Source: Tricharina praecox
Taxonomy: Eukaryota
DNA length: 64,000 bases
Reading direction: 5' to 3'
Assembly (NCBI RefSeq): GCF_024521635.1
Contig: NW_026250421.1
Location: 372,001 to 436,000, forward strand
Shown: piece by piece, positions 35,132 through 46,216 of the stretch
Layout of the letters: each line of letters starts with the position of its first letter
How positions within the stretch are numbered: the stretch's first letter is position 1
The notes under the pieces: model-generated
What the model saw: only the letters and a program-made list of their open reading frames with translations
What the model was told of the DNA's origin: nothing
Databases searched by the model: none
Translations under genes and position numbers: made by a program

Positions 35132-36163
35132 GTAGGAGCTGTGCGATTGCATCAAATGGGAATTGAAAATTAAAATTGAAATATTTGGCCCCGGAAACGT
35201 TTAGAAGTGTACAAACAAAGTCCTGTCGTCTCCCAGGAATAGATACAAAATTATATAAAAGCCGTAGTAAGCCCTAGGGGTCCAAGTTCATAGAAAGCCA
35301 CTCAAGCACCGCGCATCAATGTATGGAAGCTTGCGTGTGTGTAGATGATCTCACACTTCCGCTTCGTCTATTCAACGGGAAAATCGCTAGATGTATAGGG
35401 ATTATTGGGCGGAATGTTGGATGCGGAAAGGGAGGATGGTCCGGTGTCGGGCCACCGCCTGCATTACATTGCATTTCAACACGTATTTTACCTACATACT
35501 ACATAGAAGGTATGTACCGGGCTTCCTTGAATCCTTCCAGACTGAATGCATGTCACCACCACCACCACCTCTATCCTACGACTACAGGACCCGAGGCGAG
35601 CATCTACATACCTGGCCTACCATCATACACACCATCCCCCATCGACCAGTGAAATCGAAGCTCGAGCTACTAGTAGCCAAAAGTATCACGTGTGGAGGCC
35701 CGTCACTTTCAACATTCAAGTCTGTTCCACAGTCCAGAGTCTGCAGTCCACAGTCCACAGTCCACACCTTCTAATACCTATTCCCCCGCCCAAACCAGCT
35801 CCTCGAAACCGAACGCCGGTAAATTTTTCTTAGCCGGAGTGAGGCCCAATCTCCAGGATGCTCGAGCCTCGGCTGCCGTAAAACTCAAAAGTGCACAGGT
35901 AAGGATCATGACCTGTCCGGTTGCATATATGAAGAGTGATATACTATGATTCTTGTTCGGTAGGTAGTATAAACCTCGGATGCGCCTGCGCGTCTCGGTG
36001 TCTCCCTTGCGTGTCTCCATTGCGTCTGTGTGTATGGGGGCGGCGGAGGCCGAGGTAGCAGTGAGTGGCCTGCATGCCCAGATCAATTATCGTTCGCGCA
36101 CGTACCTATGCATACCCGGCCGTGCATGATAGGGCTGAAGACTGTGCCGCACAACGGGATACA

Positions 36164-37125
36164 TATGGTTGGGGACATCTAGTGCCGGAGTAAGTGGACA
36201 TTCGGATCAGGGGAATTAAAATCTAAATGCGGTAATATATTAGCATTTATTAAATTTATTTAATCTTTTTTTTTCTCCAGGCGTCCGCAGCCAACTGGCC
36301 CCGCCGGGAACGAAAATCACAATATCGCGGCTAGTTATTGCCCGTTTTCTTCAATAAAACACTCCTCTGGACTGAACTGTTGCTCTCGTTCCATCAGTTC
36401 GACTGTTGCACCGGTCTGTCGCCGTTGACCGGGCGTCCGCAGCCAACTCCACAGGTCCATGGCCCCGCCGGGACCGAAAATCACAATATCTCCGCTAGTT
36501 CTTGCGCGTTTTCTTCGATAAAACACTCCCCTGGATCGCACGAGCACGCTCATTCCATCGGTTCCAATCTTCCACAGGTCTGTCACCATTGACCGCGCTT
36601 CCGCAGCCCGCCCCAGAGCTCAGAGCTTCAGCGCTCCATAGCCCCACCGGGACCGAAAATCATAATTTCTCGGCCAGTTCTTGCCCATTTTCCAAGGCGT
36701 AGATATACAAAGCTCATCAATAGGTTAGTGAGAAGTGAGTAGAAACTGTAGCAAATTTGTAGGTAATTGTTTTCCATTTATGTACATAATATTCTTTATC
36801 ACAGCAATTAGCCACCATACTGTAATGCCAAGACGTCCGATGGGGTAATCAGGCATGCCAAGACTGTTCAATCGGGCATTGTGGCTGTCCAGCCGCTGAT
36901 TCCCGGGGCCTCCCCATACTAAATTATTTTTCGTCTACCTATTTATTTTGGATTTTGGTTGCCACTCAACCACAAAGTTTAAAAAACATCGGGCTCTTTG
37001 AAAATTATCTGCCTCCTCTTCTCTATCGCTGTAAAGAGCTATTTTTTTTAATTAGGTTGTTGTGAACTAACCGAACGTCAAAAGTGGGGATGCTTTCACT
37101 CCGGGACTAGATGTCCCCAACCATA
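36164..37125. mobile_element. About 960-bp non-autonomous TIR element with three internal 150-165-bp subrepeats
   Basis: TATGGTTGGGGACATCTAGTGCCGGAGT (36164) and ACTCCGGGACTAGATGTCCCCAACCATA (ending 37125) match at 27/28 as inverted repeats. Subrepeats start near 36280, 36432 and 36597. Confidence 0.7.
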
Positions 37126-38686
37126 CTCTCTTGCGTTGCAAACGCTAGTGCACACTAACCACTTAAAGGAATTAGCACTGCCACACCTTCACTCCCACCG
37201 TACAATTTATGGCATCACTTGGAACGCTGATTGACTCGGCGCGCTCACTGGACCGGAAACATACAGGCTGCGTCATCACCATCACTCGGTTTTCTCAATG
37301 AACTGGAAAATGAAGTATTTAGACAACCACATCGCTCAGCGGGCTCAGTGAACTGGAATAAAAGTATAGGCATCATCACCCGGGCGCGATCAGTGAAATG
37401 TCGCGACAGGAAATCAAGAGACAAAACACTCGGCAAATAAAACTATTACAATTCTTCCACTTGTTCATTTTGTGGGTGGAGTCAGTTGTGTCAAGTGTCC
37501 TTATTTCTGTAGAATCTCAACCCGCGATGGCAACACAAAATCTATTCTCCAACGGAGTACTTTCTTTGAATCGAGGATAGAGAAATCTTTCTGAACAATG
37601 GTATTCGCGGTGAGCCGGCAAAGACACTGTGGTACCTATCCGCTGCGACAAAACTGGTATCCGCGACGCGAAACTGTGGTATCCACGGCGAGGAAATTGC
37701 CAAAGAGCAGGAGCTGTCAGTCAGACAGCGAAGGACAGTGAGCTTACCAGCGGATGATTCGTTGCGGAAACAATGTGCTGTCCGTCGTGGAAGGTGTGCA
37801 CGTGGTGAATGTTTGGTGATGGTAACGCGTCTGCAGAAGGATGCCCCCCCTGAGCGGATATCCCCTGAGCACTGTGGCGCTGTAGTTTTTTTTTTTTTTT
37901 TTTTTTATTTACTGTGCCCAAAAGACTTTAGCGCTGTAACGCAGGACCTACCCCCCGCACAACGCATCGATGGTGGTGGCGCGGCACCAATACTATCATA
38001 TGTAGCAATGGGACCCAATGATCATGGGCGGGTGACCATGCGGATCGAACGGTTTGGAACTTGTTAGGGCTGTACCGACGTACCGTATGTAGATGGTGGC
38101 GAGTGCCTAGAGGTGGGGACAGCGAGCGAATTAGGGGCTGGGGCTAACGTTAGGGGAAGGAGGAGGTGCAGATGTTGTTGCCTAAGAAATGGCTTGAGGT
38201 TGGATATGCTGCTTTGTGGTTCCCAGCACGCTGGTACTGGTACTGGGACCGAGACGACTACTTACCATGCTGCTGGTCTTGTAGCCGCCAGTGCTTCTGG
38301 CTACCTGTCACCGCCTAGGTAGGTCAAAGCCATGGACCGCCGACCACCTGTGTGATGCAATGACAACTTAAGGCAAGAGCAACTCCTTGGCTGTTTTGCT
38401 TTGGAGAGTTCTTCGCTGTCGGTTTTCCGTGAAGATGGGAACACTGGACAGGACATGTAGAATCCACACGCAAAATGTATCGCTCATGGCTATTATATTG
38501 TAGTGAGTCAGATTTTCATGACTGACATATTCTAAATAAAAGAAAGATAAAAACAAGTTCTGAAAACGAGATATCTATGACTATGAGAGCAAACCGGAAT
38601 TACACCCTATATGCCTAGTACCTAAGTACCCGTCCATCATGTTCCAATTTCCCTCACCCCGCTGAAAAGCAAAGCCACCATGGCGT

Positions 38687-40697
38687 TCATGCATCAACCA
38701 CAGTCACTGGCTTTTTCTTGTTCCGAATGCCTTGGTCCGACGTCAGCACACGGTCCAAGCTCAGCCCCTCCGTGGCGACACTGGCAATCAATCCCGCTGC
38801 GGAAAACACCGCCATAGCCAGCCACACCATCTTGAGCGAGTCTGCATACGACTGCATCAAGGCTTGCCGGGTCGGAGAATCCGGCATCCTCTTGATCAGC
38901 TGAACGAGGGCCACCGCATCCTTTGCGTAATCGCCGGCCACGGCGTCCAGGCCCGGGTACTTGCTGAACTCGTCGATCAGGGCGTTCTGGAAAATCACGC
39001 CACCAATCGCCACACCGAAAGATTGGCCGAAGGTCCGAAGGAAGGAGAAAACCGCCACAGCGATGGCCATGTTTTCATTCGAAGCTGAGGCCTGTGGAGG
39101 AGAAGGAGGAGTTGTTAGTCCATTGGATATCGATTTATGTACTAGCGGGATAATATGTACGTACCTGGACTGCCGACGCCATGCTGGGAAAGAGCATACC
39201 CGCGCCGAGACCAGCAACTAGGTTGAGGAACACCCACTTGACGGTCGACGTGTCGACATCAAGCAAGTACATCAGGCCCATCCCGGTGGTCATTAGGACC
39301 CAGCCAGTCCAGACTGCCCAGCGGAACCGTCCAGTTACCGTGGTGAGGATACCGACGACGATAGATGCCGGTGCGACCGTAAATGTTTGTGGGAAGATGG
39401 CAACACCGGCCATAATCGGGCCCATTTCCTTGACGGCTTCGAAGTAGAGGGGAAGATAGTAAAGCATCGACCAAAGCTATGTTTCTAGTTAGGTATAGCT
39501 GAGGAAGGGGGAAGTTTTTTTGATTTCATGAAACGTACCACGATACCGTGCATTACTGTACCGAAGAAGGTTACTGTCCGAATTGTCAGCGCCTCAATGT
39601 CCGAGTCGGATGAAGAAAGCAGAGGAAAATCTAACCGGCTGCAGTGCGGTTCATGAAGATGTCCAGCGCGATCAGCGGCTCCTGCGCTCCATAGATCTCC
39701 CACAGCACGAAGCCAGTCAGGCTGGCAAATCCGACCACTAGCGGTACCAAGACCCTCCAGTGATCCCACGGATACATGACACCTCCCCACGAGATGGGAA
39801 TGAGAATGGCCGTGACACTAGCAATGAACATGACCGTGCCGATCCAATCCACACGCGCAAGCTTGACCCACACCGTGTCGATTTTCTGGTTCAGTTTCAA
39901 GAAGATCGGCACGAAGACGAAGGCGATGACACAGAAGGGTAGGTTGATGTAGAGGATCCATCGCCAACTGACGTTTTGCGCGAAGCCGCCGCCAAGGATG
40001 GGCCCGCACACGCTGCCGAGTGCCCACATGCTCGAATAGATCCCGAAATATTGTCCGCGAAGGCGAAGAGGTATCTGTTCGGGTCGGGTCTTAACGGTGG
40101 ACCACAAAAAAACAGAGACAGGAACAACATACTATGTCAGTCAATATGATCTCCGTGAGAGCAATGATTCCTCCAGCGCCAACTCCTTGTAGCGATCGAC
40201 CGATCAAGAGGACCGTGAAGTTGTTGGCCAGGGCGCCAGCCAGCGATCCAGCAGTGAAAATCACAATTGCGACTAGGAGTAAAGGTTTCCGTCCAAATAT
40301 GTTTGAAAAGCTTCCGTATGCGGGCTGGAACACGGTCGAACAGAGAAGGAACGATGTTCCAGCCCAAAAGGCTTCGACGGCGGAGCCATGCAGCTTCTCG
40401 GCAATGATGGGAAGGGCGACCGAAATCGAAGTGGCATCAAGAGCAGCAGCGAGTGTTATCTAACTCCAGGAAAATATGGTCAGGTCCGAAGGAATCGAGC
40501 CATCCGAACATCTCCATCCACCGCGGTTGGGGGAAGGTTGCACTCACGATACATAATGTCAGGAATATGACATATAGCTCTTTTGTGGGCTTCCATTCTT
40601 CGATGGGGAGGTCTTCGGTGGAACCGGCGGATCTAGAAGTTGTAGTGTTTGTCGAATCGATGCTCGGTTTCTCCTTGGGTTCTTTAATTGAAGCCAT
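38687..40697 (-). CDS. Major facilitator superfamily drug:H+ antiporter (DHA2, 14-TMS type), about 555 aa, 6 exons (40697-40548, 40459-40133, 40074-39636, 39573-39539, 39476-39165, 39091-38687)
   Basis: Motifs LAAALDATSISVALP, SNIFGRKP, GRSLQGVGAGG, IPLRLRG, GPILGGGF, WRWILYINLP, RVDWIG and FLRTFGQSFGVAIGG. Five canonical introns join to 1668 nt in frame. Confidence 0.92.
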
Positions 40698-43689
40698 TGC
40701 GTTGTCTGATGGTCTGCCGCTTCGATCCGTGACGGGAGGGCAGATATTTAAGTGTTTAGACTTAGTTGGAGGGAAAGGCTGCGCCTTCTAGGCTCTGGCT
40801 GAACTTCATATTTGGCTTTCTTTTTTTTTCCTTCCAAGATTTCTGCTGTGCTGTCCCGAGTGGAAGGGACATCCATACGTGGAGTCGTTATCGTCCATCC
40901 ACATGTGTGTCCTGGGCATCGAACAGGCGTTAATTCACCCGTCCGGGACGATATTCAGCCCTACAGTCCGTGGAAGTCCTTGGAGCCAGTCACAATGGAT
41001 TCCGGCGGTCCAACTTGAAAGCCGATACATCGGCACGCTCGCCGCCCACACGAAAGCGCCACGAGTAGAAGTACTAAAAACTGAGCTCAGCTGAAACCAC
41101 GTCACGGGATTTCGTCCACTGATTGGCCGACGCTTCTAGCGGGAGAAGTTATCACCAATTATCTGTGACTCCCCCACGAATCGGGCCGTTCGACTGGCCG
41201 TCAAGCGGCGTCTAAGTCCTAAAAAAAAGTAAAAATAGGATGAATTCTGGACGGAACTCCGGTGTAAAATGTGTGGCATCGATAGGTATTAGAACGCAGG
41301 CTGGACATACCCGGAGATACCTAGGCGGTGCCCAAGGAATTCGCGTTACCCCGCTCTCTGTCCAGAAAGCCGGTCGGAAATAGCCGAGCAAGTGAGAACC
41401 CGTCTTTTCGTCTGGACAGCGGATGAATGAACCCCCCGATCGCTTAAACTCGCCAAACAACAACCTCCGACAACGTTGATCAAGCGTGTTCTGTCGGCGC
41501 CGCTGGAACATATAATCCGCCGCGTCGCTTAAATTTGGTTCTTAGCCTAGTTACCGATACTGAGCATCTCCGAACGTCCGAAACAACAAATAATTGAGAT
41601 ATGAAGTAAGTACTCTACATCCGACAAGTAAGTTCGTCGGTGTCCTCGATCTGTGGCTGGGGCTACGCTTGCAGCCGCTGAGCTTCGCCGTGCTCTATTT
41701 AGCATCAACAAATACCCAAGCAACCAGGTACCTAAATGGAAGAATTGCATGACAAACTCAAGGCACCTGAAATCTAGACGCAATAGAATCGAGGTAGTGA
41801 CGGATACCCAGGTACCAAGAACGAACAAGCTTCGTTGGTAAATACCGCGGTGACGACACTAACTACACGCACGGCGGTCGAAAGTGATCGAGTACCCAGC
41901 CAAACATAAGTCAAAGGGCGGAAATCAAAAAGCAAAAAACAAAAAGCAAAACATCGAAAGTGAAGCTACCATAGTTGCCGCAACACTCTAACTCAACCAT
42001 CTAGGCAGCAACGCCAACCACAACGTTCCTGATTGCATTTCCGAAAAACGGGTCTTCCTTGGCGGCCCGTGAGCAGCAATCAGTCGACTAGTGGGTACAT
42101 TTCCCATCGCTTTGGTAGACACGTTGCGGGATACACGGATACAGCCACAGGCGTATCCTTGCAGTATCTCAGCTCTTCTTCAAGGCTAGATACCTATGAC
42201 CGGATGCTTGAAAATTCCCCAGACGCACCGCTGGAGCCGCATGGCGATACACAGTTCTCACAGCGTCTCCGGCGATAGCGACATAAAAACAGCAGCGGAA
42301 ACAGATCCGACTACACCAACTCCCCAGGCCTCGCCGGCTAAAGCCTAAATGTTCCGTGAGCGGGCTCAGTAACGAGCATTTTAGAAGAAGAACAGCGTAG
42401 GCACAGGTTCCGCCGATATGGGTAGGCGGTGCCCTACGAATACCACCCGCTTCACCTCGAGAAACAGACATCAATCCTGCACCCGGCCTCCCTTTGCCCT
42501 ACCGCCAAGAACTCCATGCTTATGGCGTTTGCCTAGTACTATCGGCACATATCCAATGACCTTGTGCTTTCGAGTTATCTGGACGGAAGGGAGACGACCG
42601 CCGACCGTCCACCATCACCTGGATGTCGGCCGGGGATGAGGCCTTGCGCTTCGCAACAGGAAACCGGCCCTATCACGTTCCAAAGACATTAGCGCCGCAT
42701 CCTCACCACATGTGCATTCAGAGATGGCAATCATTGTGCTGTTCTCACGTTCCTCTTCTACATAGGTATGTACCATTAGTCCCGAGTCTCGCCCACCCAC
42801 CTGTCAAGCTTTAACACGTCGGGAGAGAATAATTCCTGCTCTGGCCCAAAAGAAACATCGGGTGGTCTCCACGGCTCGTCCAACTCATCCTGATTCGGTC
42901 ACTTCATGCGGGTGTTCCTTACTGGCTCTTGATTTCTGGGGTGTATGCCTTGTCTGTTCAGCTTGACTCGCAGCCGCCACAAAGTCACAGACAGCCGGCC
43001 AGGGGTCTCGACTTTGTGGCGCTATTCCCCGTCCGGTTTCGGTGGGAGGCTGAGGAGTATTAGATGTATGCAGTAACTCATGTGCACGGGCAGGAGGCTG
43101 ATGCCAGAGAAAGACGTGCCACTCAATCACAGAAAATCAGTCATTCTCAACGTGTCGACCTAAGAGAACACATGCACAAAAGCAAGCCAACGACACCCAG
43201 GGAGGGCTAGGTGGAAAGCAATAGGGAACCGGTATCGAGCTCGCAGCCAGCGGTCCGGGAAAGCAGGGTGGAAAAGGATATATAACCTGCCATGTCCTAC
43301 TATGTAAGATCTAATGCAATGATGAATAAACAAAACAATTTCCAACGACACACAAGGGTAGGGGCAGAAATTGCGGCGGCGGAAAGCGTGGCGAGGGCGG
43401 AAGAAGAAAAGAAAAAGAAAAGCAAGAGCTGAGAGAGAAATACCCTACCCCTCGTCCTCCCCGAATCCACTCGGCCTGCTTCCTGCTCGCCCAGACATCG
43501 GACCCATCGGCAATGGACCGGGAGAGCGGGAGAACCACGGCGAGGAAGAAGATAAAGGACGAAAGGGGGAAGCGGGTCAGGTTGACCTGGAAAAACACAG
43601 GCGGCAGGAACGAGGAACTGGTTTTTCGAGGGCTCTTTCGCCAATGCCTCTCCAGGCCGGAAAGCGGCGGGCCGAGAGAAGGAGAACAG

Positions 43690-43900
43690 ACGAGGAGAAA
43701 GAGAAGGTAGAGGTTGGTCGTCTATTCTGTAGATGATGATGAGAGAGAGATAGTGTGAGTGAGAGCGAGATAGTGTGAGTGAGAGCGAGAAGACCTCTCA
43801 AGTTCGCTCCCTCCCCGCTGGCTGCCCATGGCATGATCCACACTAACTACATTCGTTTCCTCTCACTGCCGACAGCTCCTCCATCACTTCCTTCTCTCGC
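43690..43900 (+). repeat. Copy of dispersed repeat family carrying a branch point and 3' splice-site motif
   Basis: Shares GAGGTTG..CTATTCTGTA.ATGAT and CACTAAC.ACATTCGTTTCCTC...GACAGCTC with the copies at 50264, 52191 (minus strand) and 62950. Confidence 0.6.
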
Positions 43901-43970
43901 CACCGAAACCTCTATCACTTCACCACACTGAATTTCTAGGTCGAGTCCACAGGATATTGGACTGGACTAA

Positions 43971-44790
43971 AGCTGGATTGACGAATACCTTCCCTCATTC
44001 ATTCTTTCTTCCGTTCTCTCTTTCTTGCCGGTGTTGAGTGGGGAGGGCTGAAGGCGAGCAATAAAAAACCCGTATCAAGCCCATATCAAGCTCGTGACCA
44101 GCGGGCTGGAAACGGATATGTATCTGGCATGATCTCTGCATACCAAGGTCAAATGCGATGATGACCGAACAGAAAAAAAAGCTAACGACATGCATCTTCT
44201 CCAGGCCGCAAGTCGAATATCCCAAGCGAAAAGGGCGCGGATCTAGTTCCCTTGGGTGCCCAGCCACGCGGAGATCGCCAGCAAGATGGTCAGTGGCTTC
44301 CCTCAGCACAACTAGCCAGTGTTCGACATAGTCTGACCCGTCCGTCGTGAACCTTGAACTGGACTGGACTGGACTGTATCTTGGCAGTCCGTCCGATCCG
44401 GACTATGTCGAACACTGAGCTGTATTAACGAGTACCTTCACTCATTCACTAATTCATCTTTTCTTTCTCTCTTTCCTGCCGGCGTTGAGTGGGAAAGGCT
44501 GAACGGAGCGCAATAAAACAACCCTATCCAGCTCGTGGCCAGCAGTCCGCGTGACAGCGGGGTGGAAACGGATAGGCACCTTTTATCTGGCATGATCTAT
44601 GCATACCAAGGTCGAACGCACTGATGACCGAACAAAAAACAAAAAAGCCAACCACACTCATCTCCTGCAGGCCGCAGGTCGCAGGTTGAATATCGCACGC
44701 GAAAAGACGCGGATCTAGATCCACTGGGAATGCCTAGCCACGTGGAGATCGCTAGCAAGATGGCCGGCGGCATCTCTCAGCACGTCTAGG
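43971..44790. repeat. Two diverged direct repeats of about 350 bp (43971-44316 and 44418-44790), with a more diverged third copy near 43215-43355
   Basis: Colinear matches include TATCTGGCATGATCT.TGCATACCAAGGTC and GCCACG.GGAGATCGC.AGCAAGATGG. Confidence 0.8.
44317..44417. mobile_element. 101-bp miniature element with perfect 17-bp hAT-like TIRs
   Basis: CAGTGTTCGACATAGTC ... GACTATGTCGAACACTG. CAGTGTT is a typical hAT terminus. No 8-bp TSD. Confidence 0.6.
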
Positions 44791-44927
44791 CTACAACCGA
44801 AGACCGGACACACCCTTAGCGGATGTCACTGAAACAGTTGCCGATCTCCTTGGGGTGAAGGCCGATCAAGACGTGCCAGGGTCCTGAGCTGTTACATAGC
44901 CGTGTGAGACCACTTCCCAGTGATATC

Positions 44928-44983
44928 GCGCCTCAGGTGCGCATGCGCCTCAGGTGCGCATGCGCCTCAGGTGCGCATGCGCC
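44928..44983. repeat. 17-bp tandem repeat (GCGCCTCAGGTGCGCAT)x3.3
   Basis: Perfect copies. Each junction forms the palindrome GCGCATGCGC. Confidence 0.9.
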
Positions 44984-45997
44984 AGTGACCGGAATACCCC
45001 CTTCGATCGCGCTTGGCAAATCGAGTACCGAGTGATATGCTATGCGAGGTGCAACCACGACACTCCGGGAATAGTCGATTGCTGGCTCCCTCGACTTTCG
45101 GCCCGACTCGACTTCGGCGGCAATTCGAAGCCGACCTACTCGAATTGAACGTACTCAGGTGGTATTCAGAATGTCGCTGGGGCCACACAGATGATCCAGA
45201 TAAGATGAAGATATGAAGATCCAGAGTTTAGGCCCAACAGAGGGTCCCGGGAAAACGGCGGCCATCATAACTACTATCATACCTAGTAGTTCCGGGTGCG
45301 AGTTCTGTTCTGTTCGACTCGACATGGAAACCCGCCCATGCACGCACCCGCCGAGCCACAACCAAGTCTGCACAGCTTCATCGTTCATCATGGGACCCCG
45401 ACGACGCGGCCGCTGAGTGCTTGGTAAATCGTGAGTGCGCACTTTGCATTCTCTCATACGCTAAAGTTGAACCTCTAGGCAGAAGCCAATGCGGTAGTTA
45501 CATCAACCTGCATATGCAGCTGCAGCCTGCAGCAGTGCTGGGCGTGGACACCAACCAACGAATGCGTACCACCACCTCATCGTATCGATCATCTGTACAG
45601 AGCTGTTCGCCTTGCGAATCATACGGTAGTGGTTGTATGATAGCAGTATCAATTCAGCAGTGGTGGTGGTGATGGTGGTGGTGGTGGAGAGGATGTACGT
45701 ACTCGTGTCTGCGTAGGTACTCCCTCCCTTCCCTCCCCTCCCCATGCGAGTATGCGCGCAATCCTCAGCGAAAAGCTCGCGGGTATTTATCTCTGCCCAC
45801 CCGCCCCTCCCCCTTCCGTCGTACATTCCCACTGCCATTTTATGCTCACGCACACGCACACTTACGCACACACGCACACACACGGCTCGAGAACGAATTG
45901 TCAAAAAACAAACCACAGACCAGACATCTTCCTCCCACCTCCACCACCTCCTCCACATCTGCCTCCAGCTCCTTCTCTCCCAGCGGCCAGCTTAAAT

Positions 45998-46216
45998 ATG
46001 GGATCCTCCACCGCCCAGTACCCCCCACCGCTCCGGGGTGCCACCTTCTCGGACCGCGACCCTACCCCCGGCATCAAGCATTACGACACGGGCGCAACAC
46101 AGTCGTCGCAGGCGACACGAGTCGGCCGGCATAGCGGACAGTGGCTGTTCAAGGGATGGCGGCAGCTCCTGAGCCGCAGCGATCGGAGGCTTCACGCTCA
46201 CAGCGAGGAGAAGTGA
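45998..46216 (+). CDS. 72-aa hypothetical microprotein with GRHSxxWLF motif
   Basis: AAATATGG start context after a CA/CT-rich leader, followed by a long T-rich 3'UTR-like tract. The C-terminal GRHSGQWLFKGW resembles a motif I recall in small uncharacterised ascomycete proteins (unverified). Confidence 0.6.
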   Translation: MGSSTAQYPPPLRGATFSDRDPTPGIKHYDTGATQSSQATRVGRHSGQWLFKGWRQLLSRSDRRLHAHSEEK

